Below, piece by piece: positions 36,168 to 46,399 of a stretch of DNA of 64,000 bases. The position numbers were made by a program, and so were the translations under genes. Source of the stretch: Acidobacteria bacterium UBA2999. GTDB taxonomy: Bacteria; Acidobacteriota; Vicinamibacteria; Vicinamibacterales; UBA2999. The notes beneath the pieces are model-generated. The model was not told the origin of the DNA and ran no database searches. It was given only the letters and a program-made list of their open reading frames with translations. Location: NCBI GenBank assembly GCA_002346475.1, contig DDZV01000005.1, positions 2,393 to 66,392 of the forward strand. Direction: 5' to 3'. How positions within the stretch are numbered: the first letter of the stretch is position 1; each line of letters opens with the position of its first letter.

Positions 36168-37505
36168 TTAGAATCCTTCTGAGGATGCATGTTGTTCTTC
36201 AAGGTTTGCATCTAGCTTGCCTATTTCGCCAGCTTTGGAAAGTGCAGATCGAAAGATTACAGGTCCAACAAGCACGTGTAGTCCTGTTAAAGCAACAATT
36301 AGTGTTCGGATTTCCGAGCCCCAACCTGGGAATTCTGTTGCCACAATTGTAGCGAGTCCAAGTGTGACGCCAGCTTGGGAGATTAGTCCCATCCAAATCA
36401 GATTGTCAGGTATTTCTGTGAGGCCGGCAAGTTTGGTGCCAATTGCTGTTGCTTTTCGAATAAGGATTAATCGTAAAGCGGCAAGTCCAAGAGCGAGCCA
36501 CCCAATTGTTGCCAGTGCATCAAGTTGTAGGGATGCTCCTGCTGCTGCGAAGAAAACTATTAGTACCGGAAGAGCGCTACGCTCAACTGCTTCTTTAAGT
36601 TCATTGCCTTCACTTGAAACAATATTTTCAACAACAAGACCAGCTGCAAGCGCTGAGAGGACTAGTTCCAGGTGTAATGCTGCACTAGCGATCGCAAGCA
36701 GCACACAGAGCCCAAGTAAAATTAGTGTCAGTTCTCGTCCCACGTACTTCAGATAGAGCCCAAAAAATCCTCCTACTAATGCACCAAAGGCTAAAGAACC
36801 TACTAATTCCCAAGATAGGTGTACAAGAATACTTACATCGGATGTTGGACCACCAATAGCCCACTGTGCAAATTGCATTGCCAATGCAAAAAAAACAATC
36901 AGAACAAGATCACCCATGACTACGATTGCAAGAACCAGCTCGCTAAGAGGGCCTTTTGCACGACTTTCTGCAATAACAGCAATCGATACCGTTGGGGAGA
37001 AACTAACAACAAGGCCGGCAGTAACTGCAGAAGCAGCAAGTCTGGCTAATGGGCCACCTGGACTTGCAAAAGGTAGCCAAGGCCATGCAATCCAAAGCAC
37101 TATAGTTAAAAGAGTAAACAAGCCAACAATTGAGACGCCACCGATAATTAACATTGCTCGCATGCGTTGACGAAGGTGTTTTAAATTGAGCTCAAGCCCT
37201 GCAATGAAGGCAATGAGTCCAATTGCCAGACCGTTGACAATTTCAAGTTCTTGGGCCATGGAAGAGGTGATGAGATTTAAAAGGTATGGTCCACACAGTA
37301 GGCCAAAAAGCAGGTAGCCACTCAAGCGTGGAAGTCGAAGTAATTCAGTAAGATGGCCGAGCAAGCTTGCAGCAATAAGTGCAAAACCCAGTGCTAGTGC
37401 GACTGAACGTTCAGGGATAGCTGTGTCAGGTGCAAACCGTTGCACTATGACAACTGCCATAATGACAAAGAAAAGTCCCCCAACACGTCGCACTAATTGA
37501 ACCAT
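36168..37505 (-). CDS. Cation:proton antiporter (CPA2/Kef-like membrane domain)
   Basis: 445 aa and polytopic. LLFGLLCGPYLLNLI and IAFIAGLELN are typical of the Na_H_exchanger family. Confidence 0.72.
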   Translation of the reverse strand: MVQLVRRVGGLFFVIMAVVIVQRFAPDTAIPERSVALALGFALIAASLLGHLTELLRLPRLSGYLLFGLLCGPYLLNLITSSMAQELEIVNGLAIGLIAFIAGLELNLKHLRQRMRAMLIIGGVSIVGLFTLLTIVLWIAWPWLPFASPGGPLARLAASAVTAGLVVSFSPTVSIAVIAESRAKGPLSELVLAIVVMGDLVLIVFFALAMQFAQWAIGGPTSDVSILVHLSWELVGSLAFGALVGGFFGLYLKYVGRELTLILLGLCVLLAIASAALHLELVLSALAAGLVVENIVSSEGNELKEAVERSALPVLIVFFAAAGASLQLDALATIGWLALGLAALRLILIRKATAIGTKLAGLTEIPDNLIWMGLISQAGVTLGLATIVATEFPGWGSEIRTLIVALTGLHVLVGPVIFRSALSKAGEIGKLDANLEEQHASSEGF

Positions 37506-38668
37506 TCTTCTTTAACTGTTAACAATGCAACAGCAAGAATCTCTGAAGCAATGGCAGCCATTATGATGCTAGATACAAGGATAGTATCGCCAGTGCCAAG
37601 AACTTGTTGTATGTTGAGAGCAATTGCAATTCCTATTGCACCAGGTGGAACCAGAACGGTGCCAAGGAATGCAGCTGGTGCACCAACGATGCGGGCAGCG
37701 GCGGTACTGGCTATTAACTTTCCTGATAAGCGAAATAAAACGAGAGGCACTGTAATCCAAAGCAATAGTGGACTCAGTTGAATAGAGGCCCCTGCGACTA
37801 TTAATAGGAGTGGAACAAGAGGTTGCTGTAATTTACGTAGATCAGAAGCAATAATACGATCTGCGGATCCTGGCATATATACCCAGGCAAGTCCAGCAAC
37901 TACACCACTGACGAGAGGAGAAGCTCCGATGAATGCTGGCAATCCTCCGAGTAATGCGATAGCCCCTGTAACAAACACCGCACGTTCAGCATCGCTACGC
38001 GCACGTTCAAATAATAACCAGCCAGCGATGCTGATAGCCAAGCTTGCAATAATGGCTAGTCGCATTTGGCCAAATGGATCGATCCCTGCACTTGCCAGTG
38101 TTACTGCTAGACCCCCTAGGATAATAAGCGGGACATCTTCTAGTTCAGCAATGCGCGCAGCAATATGTCTATGAGGACGAATGTCATAGCCTAGTGATGC
38201 CGCTGCTGAGGCACAACCGCAAATACCGATCGAGAAAGCAAAGATTGCAGTACTTGAAGGTAGGTCTAACTCCAAAAACTGAAACAGGCTATACATAGCA
38301 ATTGCAATAACAGCAGCTGTTATTACTGCTCCAATTGTTGCAGCAAGCAGTGCCCATCTCGTAGTACGTGCGTGATGGCTACCTAGACCAAGCCCTACAA
38401 AGACTCCGAGTGCAGCTAGTCCTATTGATACAGCAGGATCAAGATGACCTAAAATTTCACTTGATAGGATGTCTAGCGATTGTGGGCCAAGAATGAATCC
38501 AACGAGCACATAAATCATTGAAGGCATTGCTGAGGCACGGAGACCGAGCGCGACAATACGTTTTGGCAATACAACACCACCCCTTGGGTTGGACATTTGG
38601 GTAGCTGTCGATGTGGCAATCCCAGACAACTTTTTGTTTGAGAGATTAGTGAAGGGTAGCTGTGTCAT
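37493..38668 (-). CDS. Polytopic membrane protein, cation:proton antiporter-like
   Basis: 391 aa with ~11 hydrophobic helices. FILGPQSLDIL resembles the CPA N-terminal motif. 13-nt overlap with the downstream gene. Confidence 0.5.
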   Translation of the reverse strand: MTQLPFTNLSNKKLSGIATSTATQMSNPRGGVVLPKRIVALGLRASAMPSMIYVLVGFILGPQSLDILSSEILGHLDPAVSIGLAALGVFVGLGLGSHHARTTRWALLAATIGAVITAAVIAIAMYSLFQFLELDLPSSTAIFAFSIGICGCASAAASLGYDIRPHRHIAARIAELEDVPLIILGGLAVTLASAGIDPFGQMRLAIIASLAISIAGWLLFERARSDAERAVFVTGAIALLGGLPAFIGASPLVSGVVAGLAWVYMPGSADRIIASDLRKLQQPLVPLLLIVAGASIQLSPLLLWITVPLVLFRLSGKLIASTAAARIVGAPAAFLGTVLVPPGAIGIAIALNIQQVLGTGDTILVSSIIMAAIASEILAVALLTVKEEWFN

Positions 38669-39047
38669 GAGAGATTGGAGCAGTTAGCACAACAATTTTT
38701 TGACGTCCGTCACGTTGGATAGTTAGCAATAAGTGTTGGCCTTGGGAGAGCTCATCTATTAGACGTTTGACCTGTGCTGGGGAGGGCGCTGCTATTCCAC
38801 CGGCGGCAATTAATAAATCTCCACTGATTATTCCAGCTGATGCAGCTAATGATTCTGGAGCTACGGTGCCAACGATCGTTCCGTGCCCATCCTGATAATG
38901 AAGATCAAGAATCTCATTAGTCGTTGTTTCTGAAAATCGTAACTGGGCTAGCAGTAGAAGTACTATTGCTGAGATGCTAATCGTAACGATTAGTAAAAGA
39001 GCTTCTCGTGATTTACTCTTTGGTCGGTGAATACTGGTGTCTTCCAT
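38646..39047 (-). CDS. Membrane-anchored PDZ domain protein
   Basis: One N-terminal TM helix (ALLLIVTISISAIVLLLLA), then a PDZ-like segment (GIISGDLLIAAGG...LLLTIQRDGRQKIVVL). 23-nt overlap with the next gene. Confidence 0.65.
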   Translation of the reverse strand: MEDTSIHRPKSKSREALLLIVTISISAIVLLLLAQLRFSETTTNEILDLHYQDGHGTIVGTVAPESLAASAGIISGDLLIAAGGIAAPSPAQVKRLIDELSQGQHLLLTIQRDGRQKIVVLTAPISHDTATLH

Positions 39048-39206
39048 ACAACGATAGATATTACAACCTTAAGTTTACACCCTCTATTCTCTAGTAATTC
39101 CAGTAAGTTAGTTTTAATTCAGTCATGGTATAACTCAATACTGATTCGGGTGTACACTCGCTGAATGTCGTCGAGTTGTCGGCTTATATCGATCAGGTAA
39201 TTACGA

Positions 39207-39665
39207 ATGAGTGCGTATTATCTTCCTTTATCTGCAGGGATTGTGTTAGTTGGAAGCGCTTTCTTCCCATGGGTGATGCTGGGTGAAGTCAGTTTTGGCG
39301 GTGTGCCCAGTTTTTCTGCAATCTGGATTCTAGTACTAGGACTAGTTACTATATTACTAGCGGTCTTAAGTTTGATTACGCGCAAGAATTCCAGGCATCC
39401 TCTTTTACTTGTCGGTCTTTTAGCGCTTGGCATTCAGTTTTTATCTTGGCAGTGGTTAGAACATTCAGTGTCTGAACAAGCCTGGGCAACGGCTGAGGCA
39501 GCCGCTATTGTTGAGGGACATGACGTAGTGAGACCAGCACCAACAAGCCTTGGCACAGGTATTTATCTTGGCCTCGTGGCTTCTATAGTGATTGTTGGGT
39601 TTGGGTTAACAATAGTTTTTAAACAGGCAACTGTCTCTTATATCCCACCAGATGATGATATTTAA
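39207..39665 (+). CDS. Hypothetical four-TM membrane protein
   Basis: 152 aa and hydrophobic throughout. No motif recognised. Confidence 0.45.
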   Translation: MSAYYLPLSAGIVLVGSAFFPWVMLGEVSFGGVPSFSAIWILVLGLVTILLAVLSLITRKNSRHPLLLVGLLALGIQFLSWQWLEHSVSEQAWATAEAAAIVEGHDVVRPAPTSLGTGIYLGLVASIVIVGFGLTIVFKQATVSYIPPDDDI

Positions 39666-39680
39666 GGTTAGTGGTTTACG

Positions 39681-40508
39681 ATGAAAATTACCGTTGCACA
39701 TAGTCCTGATTCTGATGATGCGTTCATGTTTTACGGCTTAGCAAGTGGCCGTGTACCGACCAAGGATCTTCAGGTTGGCCATGTTCTAGCTGATATTGAG
39801 ACGTTGAATCGCGCTGCTTTTGAAGGCAAGTATGAAGTTACGGCCGTTTCTTTTCACGCTTATGCGCATCTGACCGACAAGTATCTTCTACTGCCTCATG
39901 GATCAAGCATGGGTGATGATTACGGTCCAATTCTAGTGGTTCGAAAAGACGGCCCAAGCACTGTTTCCGAAAGCATTGTTGCGGTACCAGGAACATTGAC
40001 AACTGCATTGCTAGTACTGCGCCTCTACAACCCTTCCGTAAATTATGTTGTGATGCCATTTGATCAAATACAGGGGGCAGTATTGAGTGGAGATGTTGAC
40101 GCCGGGCTTTTAATTCATGAAGGGCAGCTTACTTATGAATCTGAGGGGCTGAAGAAAATTGTTGATCTTGGCGAATGGTGGGCTGCACGTACGGATGGTC
40201 TGCCACTTCCACTCGGTGGGAATGTGATCCGACGCGATCTTGGGTCTTCCATGATTAGTACAGTGTCTCGCTTGTTGCACGACAGCATTGCATACGGTTT
40301 GGATCATCGACAAGAAGCACTTGATTATGCATTAAAGTTTGGTCGGGGCCTGGATCGTGACAAGGCGGATCAGTTTGTTGGAATGTACGTTAATGAATTA
40401 ACCCTTCAGTATGGTGAACGTGGACGTGAAGCGGTGAACAGGCTTTTTCAGGATGCTTGGGATCATCAATTAATTCCAAAGAAAATCGATGTAGAGTTTA
40501 GTTCGTAA
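39681..40508 (+). CDS. mqnD: 1,4-dihydroxy-6-naphthoate synthase (futalosine pathway)
   Basis: The N-terminus KITVAHSPDSDDAFMFYGL, the periplasmic-binding-like fold and the size (275 aa) are typical of MqnD. Confidence 0.82.
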   Translation: MKITVAHSPDSDDAFMFYGLASGRVPTKDLQVGHVLADIETLNRAAFEGKYEVTAVSFHAYAHLTDKYLLLPHGSSMGDDYGPILVVRKDGPSTVSESIVAVPGTLTTALLVLRLYNPSVNYVVMPFDQIQGAVLSGDVDAGLLIHEGQLTYESEGLKKIVDLGEWWAARTDGLPLPLGGNVIRRDLGSSMISTVSRLLHDSIAYGLDHRQEALDYALKFGRGLDRDKADQFVGMYVNELTLQYGERGREAVNRLFQDAWDHQLIPKKIDVEFSS

Positions 40509-40549
40509 GTTGCTTACGATAAGTTTATTTAGAAACAAATTTGTCACTG

Positions 40550-41332
40550 TTATTGGGTGGCTTTGGTAAAGATTTCGTGTAGTTGACGAACACCTTCGGT
40601 AAGTGCAGCTGGTCCTGGCTGGAGTATATAAGCAGATTTGATTTCGTGAATCTGTCCATTCCGCACAGCGGGCACTTGTTGCCAGTCTTGGCGAGACTCA
40701 ATTTTCTTCTTTTGAAGTGACTTTCCACACCATGAGCCAACAATGATGTCTGGCTGGCGTCGTACTACTTCATCTGGTGACACGATACGGTCTTTGCCAA
40801 GTTTGGAGTGTCGAAGTTCAGGAAAGATAGGGTCACCGCCAGCGACTTCCACTAACTCTTCTACCCATTCGATCCCTGAAATTAAGGGATCGTCCCATTC
40901 TTCAAAAAATACCCGTGGACGTTTGGAAAACTGTTTTGCAGTCATGCGAACATTATCAAGCCCAGTCTCTAGACTTGTTGCGAGTGTTTCAGCTTTTGAT
41001 GTACATCCAATGAGTCCACCGAGCATTCTGATCATCTCAAGAATTTCAGCTATTGAACGTTGGTTAAAGGTGACTACCGTGTAGCCACGACGAATGAGTT
41101 CGTTAACGATATCTGCCTGAAGATCAGAGAACGCTAAAATAAGATCTGGTTCGAGTGCTTCAATCTTGTCAAAGCGGGCATGCAGGTACGCAGAGATGCG
41201 CGGTTTCTTTCTAGCTTCTGGTGGCCTGACTGTGTATCCAGATACACCCACAACACGATTACCCTCTCCTAAGAGGTAAAGTGTTTCAGTTGTTTCCTCT
41301 GTTAGACAGACAATACGTTGTGGATAGGACAT
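40550..41332 (-). CDS. BtuF/FhuD-class (cluster A) substrate-binding protein paralogue lacking a signal peptide
   Basis: I start it at the in-frame ATG 41332 (MSYPQRIVCLTEETTETLYLLG...), because the track start at 41422 would overlap the upstream gene by 71 nt. The RIVxLxxxxTExL pattern is shared with its neighbour. There is no hydrophobic leader. Confidence 0.68.
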   Translation of the reverse strand: MSYPQRIVCLTEETTETLYLLGEGNRVVGVSGYTVRPPEARKKPRISAYLHARFDKIEALEPDLILAFSDLQADIVNELIRRGYTVVTFNQRSIAEILEMIRMLGGLIGCTSKAETLATSLETGLDNVRMTAKQFSKRPRVFFEEWDDPLISGIEWVEELVEVAGGDPIFPELRHSKLGKDRIVSPDEVVRRQPDIIVGSWCGKSLQKKKIESRQDWQQVPAVRNGQIHEIKSAYILQPGPAALTEGVRQLHEIFTKATQ

Positions 41333-41351
41333 CGTTTTATGCAGTGGAAAA

Positions 41352-42236
41352 CTAAAAAGCTTTTGGGTGAAGTGCACGTCCAAGTATTTCTGCGGCTTCT
41401 CCCATTCTTGGTCCAGGGACAACCAAATAATCTTCGTAGAGTTTATAAATGCGACCCGTGCTAACTGCAGGAATTGACGGTAACCGTTTCCAGATTGTCT
41501 GTTCAGTGATGGGCTTAGTAGTGCTTCCAGTTGTTTGGTAATGTAGATCGATTACAACCTCTGGGTTACGTGAGAGCAGCATTTCAGTAGAGACTCGTAC
41601 TGCTTCTTGTTTCACGTCAGCAAATATATTAGCGCCTCCAGCGACATCTAATAGGTCGTGGAGAAATCCGAGACCACCACTGGCATCCATATTACGAAGA
41701 GATCGTGGTTCATGACCTATTAGTAGCAGTGTGCGTGGCCGAGGCAGACCAGAAACTCTCGCTCGAATTGATGTTAGCTTCGATTCGAGCGCGGATGCTT
41801 GTGCTATAGCTTCAGCTTTGTGTCCTGTGAGGCTGCCAAGTTGCAAGAACACACGTCTAATATCTGCCAGATTAGTGTGGAAATAGTTAAATGTTTTAAT
41901 ACCAGCTCTGTGGAGTTGATCCTTTAATTCATCCTGCGATCCATAGATCACCACAAGGTCTGGACGGAGCGAGAGTATACGCTCAGTATCTGGGTCAAGC
42001 AGTGCACCTACACGTGGTAATGACAGCACTTCTTTCGGATAGTCATCAAAACTACTAACAGCGATGACTTGGTGTCCAGCACCAATAGAAAACAAAATTT
42101 CAGTTAATGCTGGTACAAGTGAAACGATACGTTGACTAGGCATTGTTTGAGTTTTAGTGTTTCCGCCGATAATCGTAGTGCCAAGGATGGCAACAATCGC
42201 GAAGACGACGCCTAGATTTTTTTGACGAGCAGCCAT
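41352..42236 (-). CDS. btuF: Periplasmic cobalamin/siderophore-type substrate-binding protein
   Basis: Signal anchor LGVVFAIVAILGTTIIGG, then QRIVSLVPALTEILFSIG and the BtuF-like layout. Confidence 0.78.
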   Translation of the reverse strand: MAARQKNLGVVFAIVAILGTTIIGGNTKTQTMPSQRIVSLVPALTEILFSIGAGHQVIAVSSFDDYPKEVLSLPRVGALLDPDTERILSLRPDLVVIYGSQDELKDQLHRAGIKTFNYFHTNLADIRRVFLQLGSLTGHKAEAIAQASALESKLTSIRARVSGLPRPRTLLLIGHEPRSLRNMDASGGLGFLHDLLDVAGGANIFADVKQEAVRVSTEMLLSRNPEVVIDLHYQTTGSTTKPITEQTIWKRLPSIPAVSTGRIYKLYEDYLVVPGPRMGEAAEILGRALHPKAF

Positions 42237-43276
42237 AAGAAGAAGGGCCCTCCAATTAACGCTGTTACGATGCCAACGGGAATTTCAATAGGCGCCATGA
42301 TCGTACGTGCGACAGTGTCGCAGCTAACAAGGAAAGATGCTCCAAAAAGCACGGATACTGGGAGGACGATTCTATGGTCTACGCCTACTAGTAAGCGGAC
42401 TAGGTGTGGAACAACGATTCCAATGAAGCCAATTGGTCCTGCCAAGGAGACTGCAGCACTTGTAGCAAGCGAGGAACTTAAAAAAGCAAGACGTTGTACT
42501 CTTCCGACGTTAACACCTCGACTAATAGCTGTATCGTTTCCAACACCTAGCAAATTGAGCGATGAAGGGAGAAATGCAAATATTGCAAACGCCATGACTA
42601 AAAATGGTAGAGCACCTATTACTGGTGCGTACCCTCCGGTATCAAGGTCACCCATGAGCCATCGAACTGCTCTGTACGCTTCAGTGAAGTTCGCCATATA
42701 TTGAACGAAAAGAATTAGTGCTGATAGAAACGCATTTAGTGTAACGCCAGCTAAGAGTAAAACAGATGTTGAAATTGTTCGACCAGGGCGGTTAGCCAAA
42801 AAGTAGATAATAACTATCGCGACTAGCGATCCAGCAAAGCTAGCGATAGGGATTGGAGAAAAGAATCCGATAGTAAAGGTTGCACCAAATGTGATTGCCA
42901 GAATTGCTCCGAGGGAAGCTCCAGCTGAGACACCAAGTGTAAATGGGGTGGCAAGCGGGTTTCTGAGCAATGCTTGTAACACGACACCAGCAGCTGAAAG
43001 GGCAGCACCGACGATTGCTCCGGCGATTACTCTTGGCAGACGTGCGACGAAGAATATTTGCGCGTCAATATTTTCAGTAAATGGAATTGATCGGTCAAAT
43101 GCTCGTATGAGACTAATTTTCGTGGTTCCAATCACAGGAGCAAGTAAACAAATTACGAGAGTCATTACTCCAAATCCCACGACTGTTAGTATGAGTCGTG
43201 AGCGAATTGCTACTTGTGCACGATTCCTTAGAAGTGATTCATCTGTTCGCTTTCCAATTTTTTGAACACTGATCAC
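42212..43276 (-). CDS. btuC: FecCD-family ABC permease
   Basis: 354 aa, ~10 TM helices and FecCD patterns (RLPRVIAGAIVGAAL, GPIGFIGIVVPHL). Confidence 0.88.
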   Translation of the reverse strand: MISVQKIGKRTDESLLRNRAQVAIRSRLILTVVGFGVMTLVICLLAPVIGTTKISLIRAFDRSIPFTENIDAQIFFVARLPRVIAGAIVGAALSAAGVVLQALLRNPLATPFTLGVSAGASLGAILAITFGATFTIGFFSPIPIASFAGSLVAIVIIYFLANRPGRTISTSVLLLAGVTLNAFLSALILFVQYMANFTEAYRAVRWLMGDLDTGGYAPVIGALPFLVMAFAIFAFLPSSLNLLGVGNDTAISRGVNVGRVQRLAFLSSSLATSAAVSLAGPIGFIGIVVPHLVRLLVGVDHRIVLPVSVLFGASFLVSCDTVARTIMAPIEIPVGIVTALIGGPFFLWLLVKKI

Positions 43277-44079
43277 AGATTAGTGTCCTTTCTGCGAAGT
43301 GGGACGATTAATAAATCACCTGTTTCTGATTGCAACTTGACACTAGCCTCGACTCCGTAGAGCTGGCGTACCATGTCTACTGTAAGCACTTCCTGAGTTA
43401 GGCCTTGAGCTAGAATTTTCCCCCTATGCATTAAAACAAGGTTTTCACACAGCGAGGCAGCCATGTTTAGATCGTGTGTTGCTACTACAAGTGTCATGTT
43501 TCGCTCACGGCTTAGCTTTTTAAGAAGTAGAGATATTTCAATTTGATAACCAAGATCTAGAGATGCTGTTGGTTCGTCAAGTAACAAAATATCTGGTGAT
43601 TGTGTAAGGGCGCTCGCGATGATGACACGTTGTTTCTCGCCTCCAGATAAAGTCATGTAGGGGCGGTTGGCTAGATGGTCAGTACCGGTCACTGTTAGGG
43701 CGTTGTACGCAATTTCAATATCAGCTGGACCTTCAAGAGTAAACGGTTTGAGATAGGGATGACGTCCCATCAGTGCCATCTCAAGTACGGTGTAGTCAAA
43801 AGCTGGGTGCGTTTCCTGAGGAACAATGGCAATACACTGTGCGATTTTTCGCTTTGTAATACTTGTTAGAGGTTCGTCGTCAAGTGTAACCTTTCCATTT
43901 TGCGGTCTCTGTATTCCAGCCATTAAGGTGAGCAGGGTTGTTTTCCCGCAGCCATTCGGTCCGATAAGACCAGTTAGAGAACCACTTTTTATCTTGAGCG
44001 ATATGTCACGTAACTTGAAGTTATTAGGAATCGATTTTTGTCTATACCCGAAGGAAATTTTATCGACTTGTAATAACAC
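43273..44079 (-). CDS. btuD: ABC transporter ATP-binding protein (FecE/BtuD type)
   Basis: Walker A GPNGCGKTT, signature LSGGEKQR and Walker B LLLDEPT. Confidence 0.9.
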   Translation of the reverse strand: MLLQVDKISFGYRQKSIPNNFKLRDISLKIKSGSLTGLIGPNGCGKTTLLTLMAGIQRPQNGKVTLDDEPLTSITKRKIAQCIAIVPQETHPAFDYTVLEMALMGRHPYLKPFTLEGPADIEIAYNALTVTGTDHLANRPYMTLSGGEKQRVIIASALTQSPDILLLDEPTASLDLGYQIEISLLLKKLSRERNMTLVVATHDLNMAASLCENLVLMHRGKILAQGLTQEVLTVDMVRQLYGVEASVKLQSETGDLLIVPLRRKDTNL

Positions 44080-46345
44080 GTATTCCTACCATTGCGGTAC
44101 GTCCGGGCGCTGGGAAACCAAACGCTTGTTCGTACGTTGTATTGCTTAAGTTTTCAATCCGTGCCAGAACCTGTGCCCATGGTGCTAATTGAATAGCCCC
44201 TCCGATACTCATCGTCCTGTAGCCATTAGCCATGAATACTCCACCAAAAGTTCCTAATGAAGGTTCAATATCACGAACTTTTCCTCTAAACACAGTCTCA
44301 AAAAATCCGCTCAAACGTTGGTGGGTATAGGTCAAACTGACTGACCCTTGATTCCGTGGTCGGCGAATGAGCGCTTCTCCAACTTTGTAAGGGGGAGGGA
44401 CCTCGCTATTGGTACCGTCAATAGCAATAATTTTTGTGTTTAGCCATGTGTATGAAGTACGTAGGTTAATGCTAGCCAACGGCCTTATTCCTATCGCAAG
44501 TTCAAACCCGTTTGATCGTGCATTTGAAATATTGTCAGTGCGGAATTGGCTAGCATCTCTAAACGAGTTCCCAACGGTGACAATAAGATCGTCATAGGAA
44601 TTGACGAACATGGTTGCGTCGATACTTCCAGTACCACCAGCGAACGTTTGTTGAATACCAATATCTAAACTTCGACTACGCTCTGGTTTTAGGCCAGGAT
44701 TATCTGTAAACGCAATTTCAAATGCATCTGGTGGCCGTATACCAATCCCAGTGCTAATTCGAAGTTTTGTTTGATTGCTACTTGTATTCCTGCTGAGCAG
44801 ATAAGCAAGTGAGACTTTTGGATTCACGGAGATAACCGTCTCTGTGTTGAAGAATGGCCGTGGTGCGAACGGACTAGGATTTGAGACTAGCGCATCTCTG
44901 CGAATCTGCTCTACGCGGACTCCCGCTGCGATAGATAATCGATTGGTAGGCGAGACACGTAGCTCTCCAAAGTACCCTACAAGCCAGCGTTGTACAGGCA
45001 CTTGCTGAAAATTGCTATCCGTAATGAAGGTGCTTCTAGCACTTTCTCTTTGGACTTCAAAACCCGTTGAAAGATCAAGAGTATTAGTTAAGACAGCATC
45101 GATTTGGCTACGAACGGATGTTCTCTTTGACTTGTTGTCAGATGTGCCAAATGGACTAGTAAACGTTGAGTCAAAGTCGATTAAGGTTAAGGCAGTTCGC
45201 TGGCGTAGCTTGTTAGTAAAAGCAGACCATGGTTGTGTCCATTGCAGCCCAAATTGGTGACGAGTATTTATGCCACGAGAGATCCGATCCACACTTGTGT
45301 ACGCACCAATAGGATTGGATCCGTATGGTCCAGGGAAGCCACGCTCAGTCCATGATAATTGTCCGGTGCCGCGTAATTCGACTCCAGACGAACTACGCCA
45401 TCCAGCCCCAAAACCTAGATGTCTGGCTGTTCCATCATCATTACTAACTTGCTGTCCTGTCGAAGCTGCTAGGCCCGTGTAACCATTACTGCGCGTATCT
45501 TCTAAACGTAAGTTCAAAGACCATGGGCCAATGTTTCCGGATGCTATAGCACGTGCGCGCACGGTTCCTTGGCTCCCACCTTCAAGGAGTCCTTCAATTC
45601 TTTCTTGAGTGCTTTGACGCGAAACAATTTGAATGACACCGCCAATAGAATCAGATCCAAACAAAGCACTTTGGGGTCCACGTACAATTTCTATGCGATC
45701 AACATCAACAACTGGAACCTGCGAAAGATCTAGGCTCCCTCCAAAAGCATTGATGCGTACTCCGTCTAGCAGTACGAGCATAAAGTCAGATTCTCCGCCA
45801 CGAGTAAAGAGAGAGGTCAGGCTGTGGAGACCTCCGTTTCTAGTAATGCTTAGACCTGGTACGAATGCCAGTGCGTTATCCACAGTGCGTGACTGTCGTG
45901 CATCTAGCTCTGCACCACTGATAATCGTGATCGTTGAGGAGGCTTCAGATAACGGGAGGCCGGTCTGTGCTGCCGATACGACGAGAGATTCGCTTAGTGC
46001 AGTTATTTGAAGTTTGAGTGATAAATCACGCTTATCCTCAGCAGCAACTGTGATAGTTACTGGTTTTGCGGTAAAGCCATGCAGTACAACACGCAGTTTG
46101 TAGGTTCCTGCAGGGAGATTAGTGAGTGTGAAGTGCCCATTAGTGTCTGTGTAGGTTTCGCTGATACCAGGCTTGACGCCAGTGACCACAATTCTGACAG
46201 TTGGGACTGGGTACCCATCTGGATCGAGGACAGTCCCTCTTATTTCAGCTGCGTGAGTGGGAAGTGAAATGCTGCAGAAGAGCAAAGAAAGCACAAGTAT
46301 AAGGAATAGAGTGCTTTGTTGGTTCGGAAAACCCGGCCAGGTCAT
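44060..46345 (-). CDS. TonB-dependent receptor with N-terminal carboxypeptidase-regulatory-like domain
   Basis: Signal peptide from ATG 46345 (MTWPGFPNQQSTLFLILVLSLLFCSISLPTHA|AE), then an IRGTVLDPDGYPV Ig-like domain, a plug (DRIEIVRGPQSALFGSDSIGGVI) and a long beta-barrel. The track GTG at 46381 lies inside a leader hairpin. Confidence 0.87.
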   Translation of the reverse strand: MTWPGFPNQQSTLFLILVLSLLFCSISLPTHAAEIRGTVLDPDGYPVPTVRIVVTGVKPGISETYTDTNGHFTLTNLPAGTYKLRVVLHGFTAKPVTITVAAEDKRDLSLKLQITALSESLVVSAAQTGLPLSEASSTITIISGAELDARQSRTVDNALAFVPGLSITRNGGLHSLTSLFTRGGESDFMLVLLDGVRINAFGGSLDLSQVPVVDVDRIEIVRGPQSALFGSDSIGGVIQIVSRQSTQERIEGLLEGGSQGTVRARAIASGNIGPWSLNLRLEDTRSNGYTGLAASTGQQVSNDDGTARHLGFGAGWRSSSGVELRGTGQLSWTERGFPGPYGSNPIGAYTSVDRISRGINTRHQFGLQWTQPWSAFTNKLRQRTALTLIDFDSTFTSPFGTSDNKSKRTSVRSQIDAVLTNTLDLSTGFEVQRESARSTFITDSNFQQVPVQRWLVGYFGELRVSPTNRLSIAAGVRVEQIRRDALVSNPSPFAPRPFFNTETVISVNPKVSLAYLLSRNTSSNQTKLRISTGIGIRPPDAFEIAFTDNPGLKPERSRSLDIGIQQTFAGGTGSIDATMFVNSYDDLIVTVGNSFRDASQFRTDNISNARSNGFELAIGIRPLASINLRTSYTWLNTKIIAIDGTNSEVPPPYKVGEALIRRPRNQGSVSLTYTHQRLSGFFETVFRGKVRDIEPSLGTFGGVFMANGYRTMSIGGAIQLAPWAQVLARIENLSNTTYEQAFGFPAPGRTAMVGIRVITSR

Positions 46346-46399
46346 TCTGTCTCCCCTTGGTGTCCAACGCACCAGACTCACGATTTTGCAGTCGTGAAA

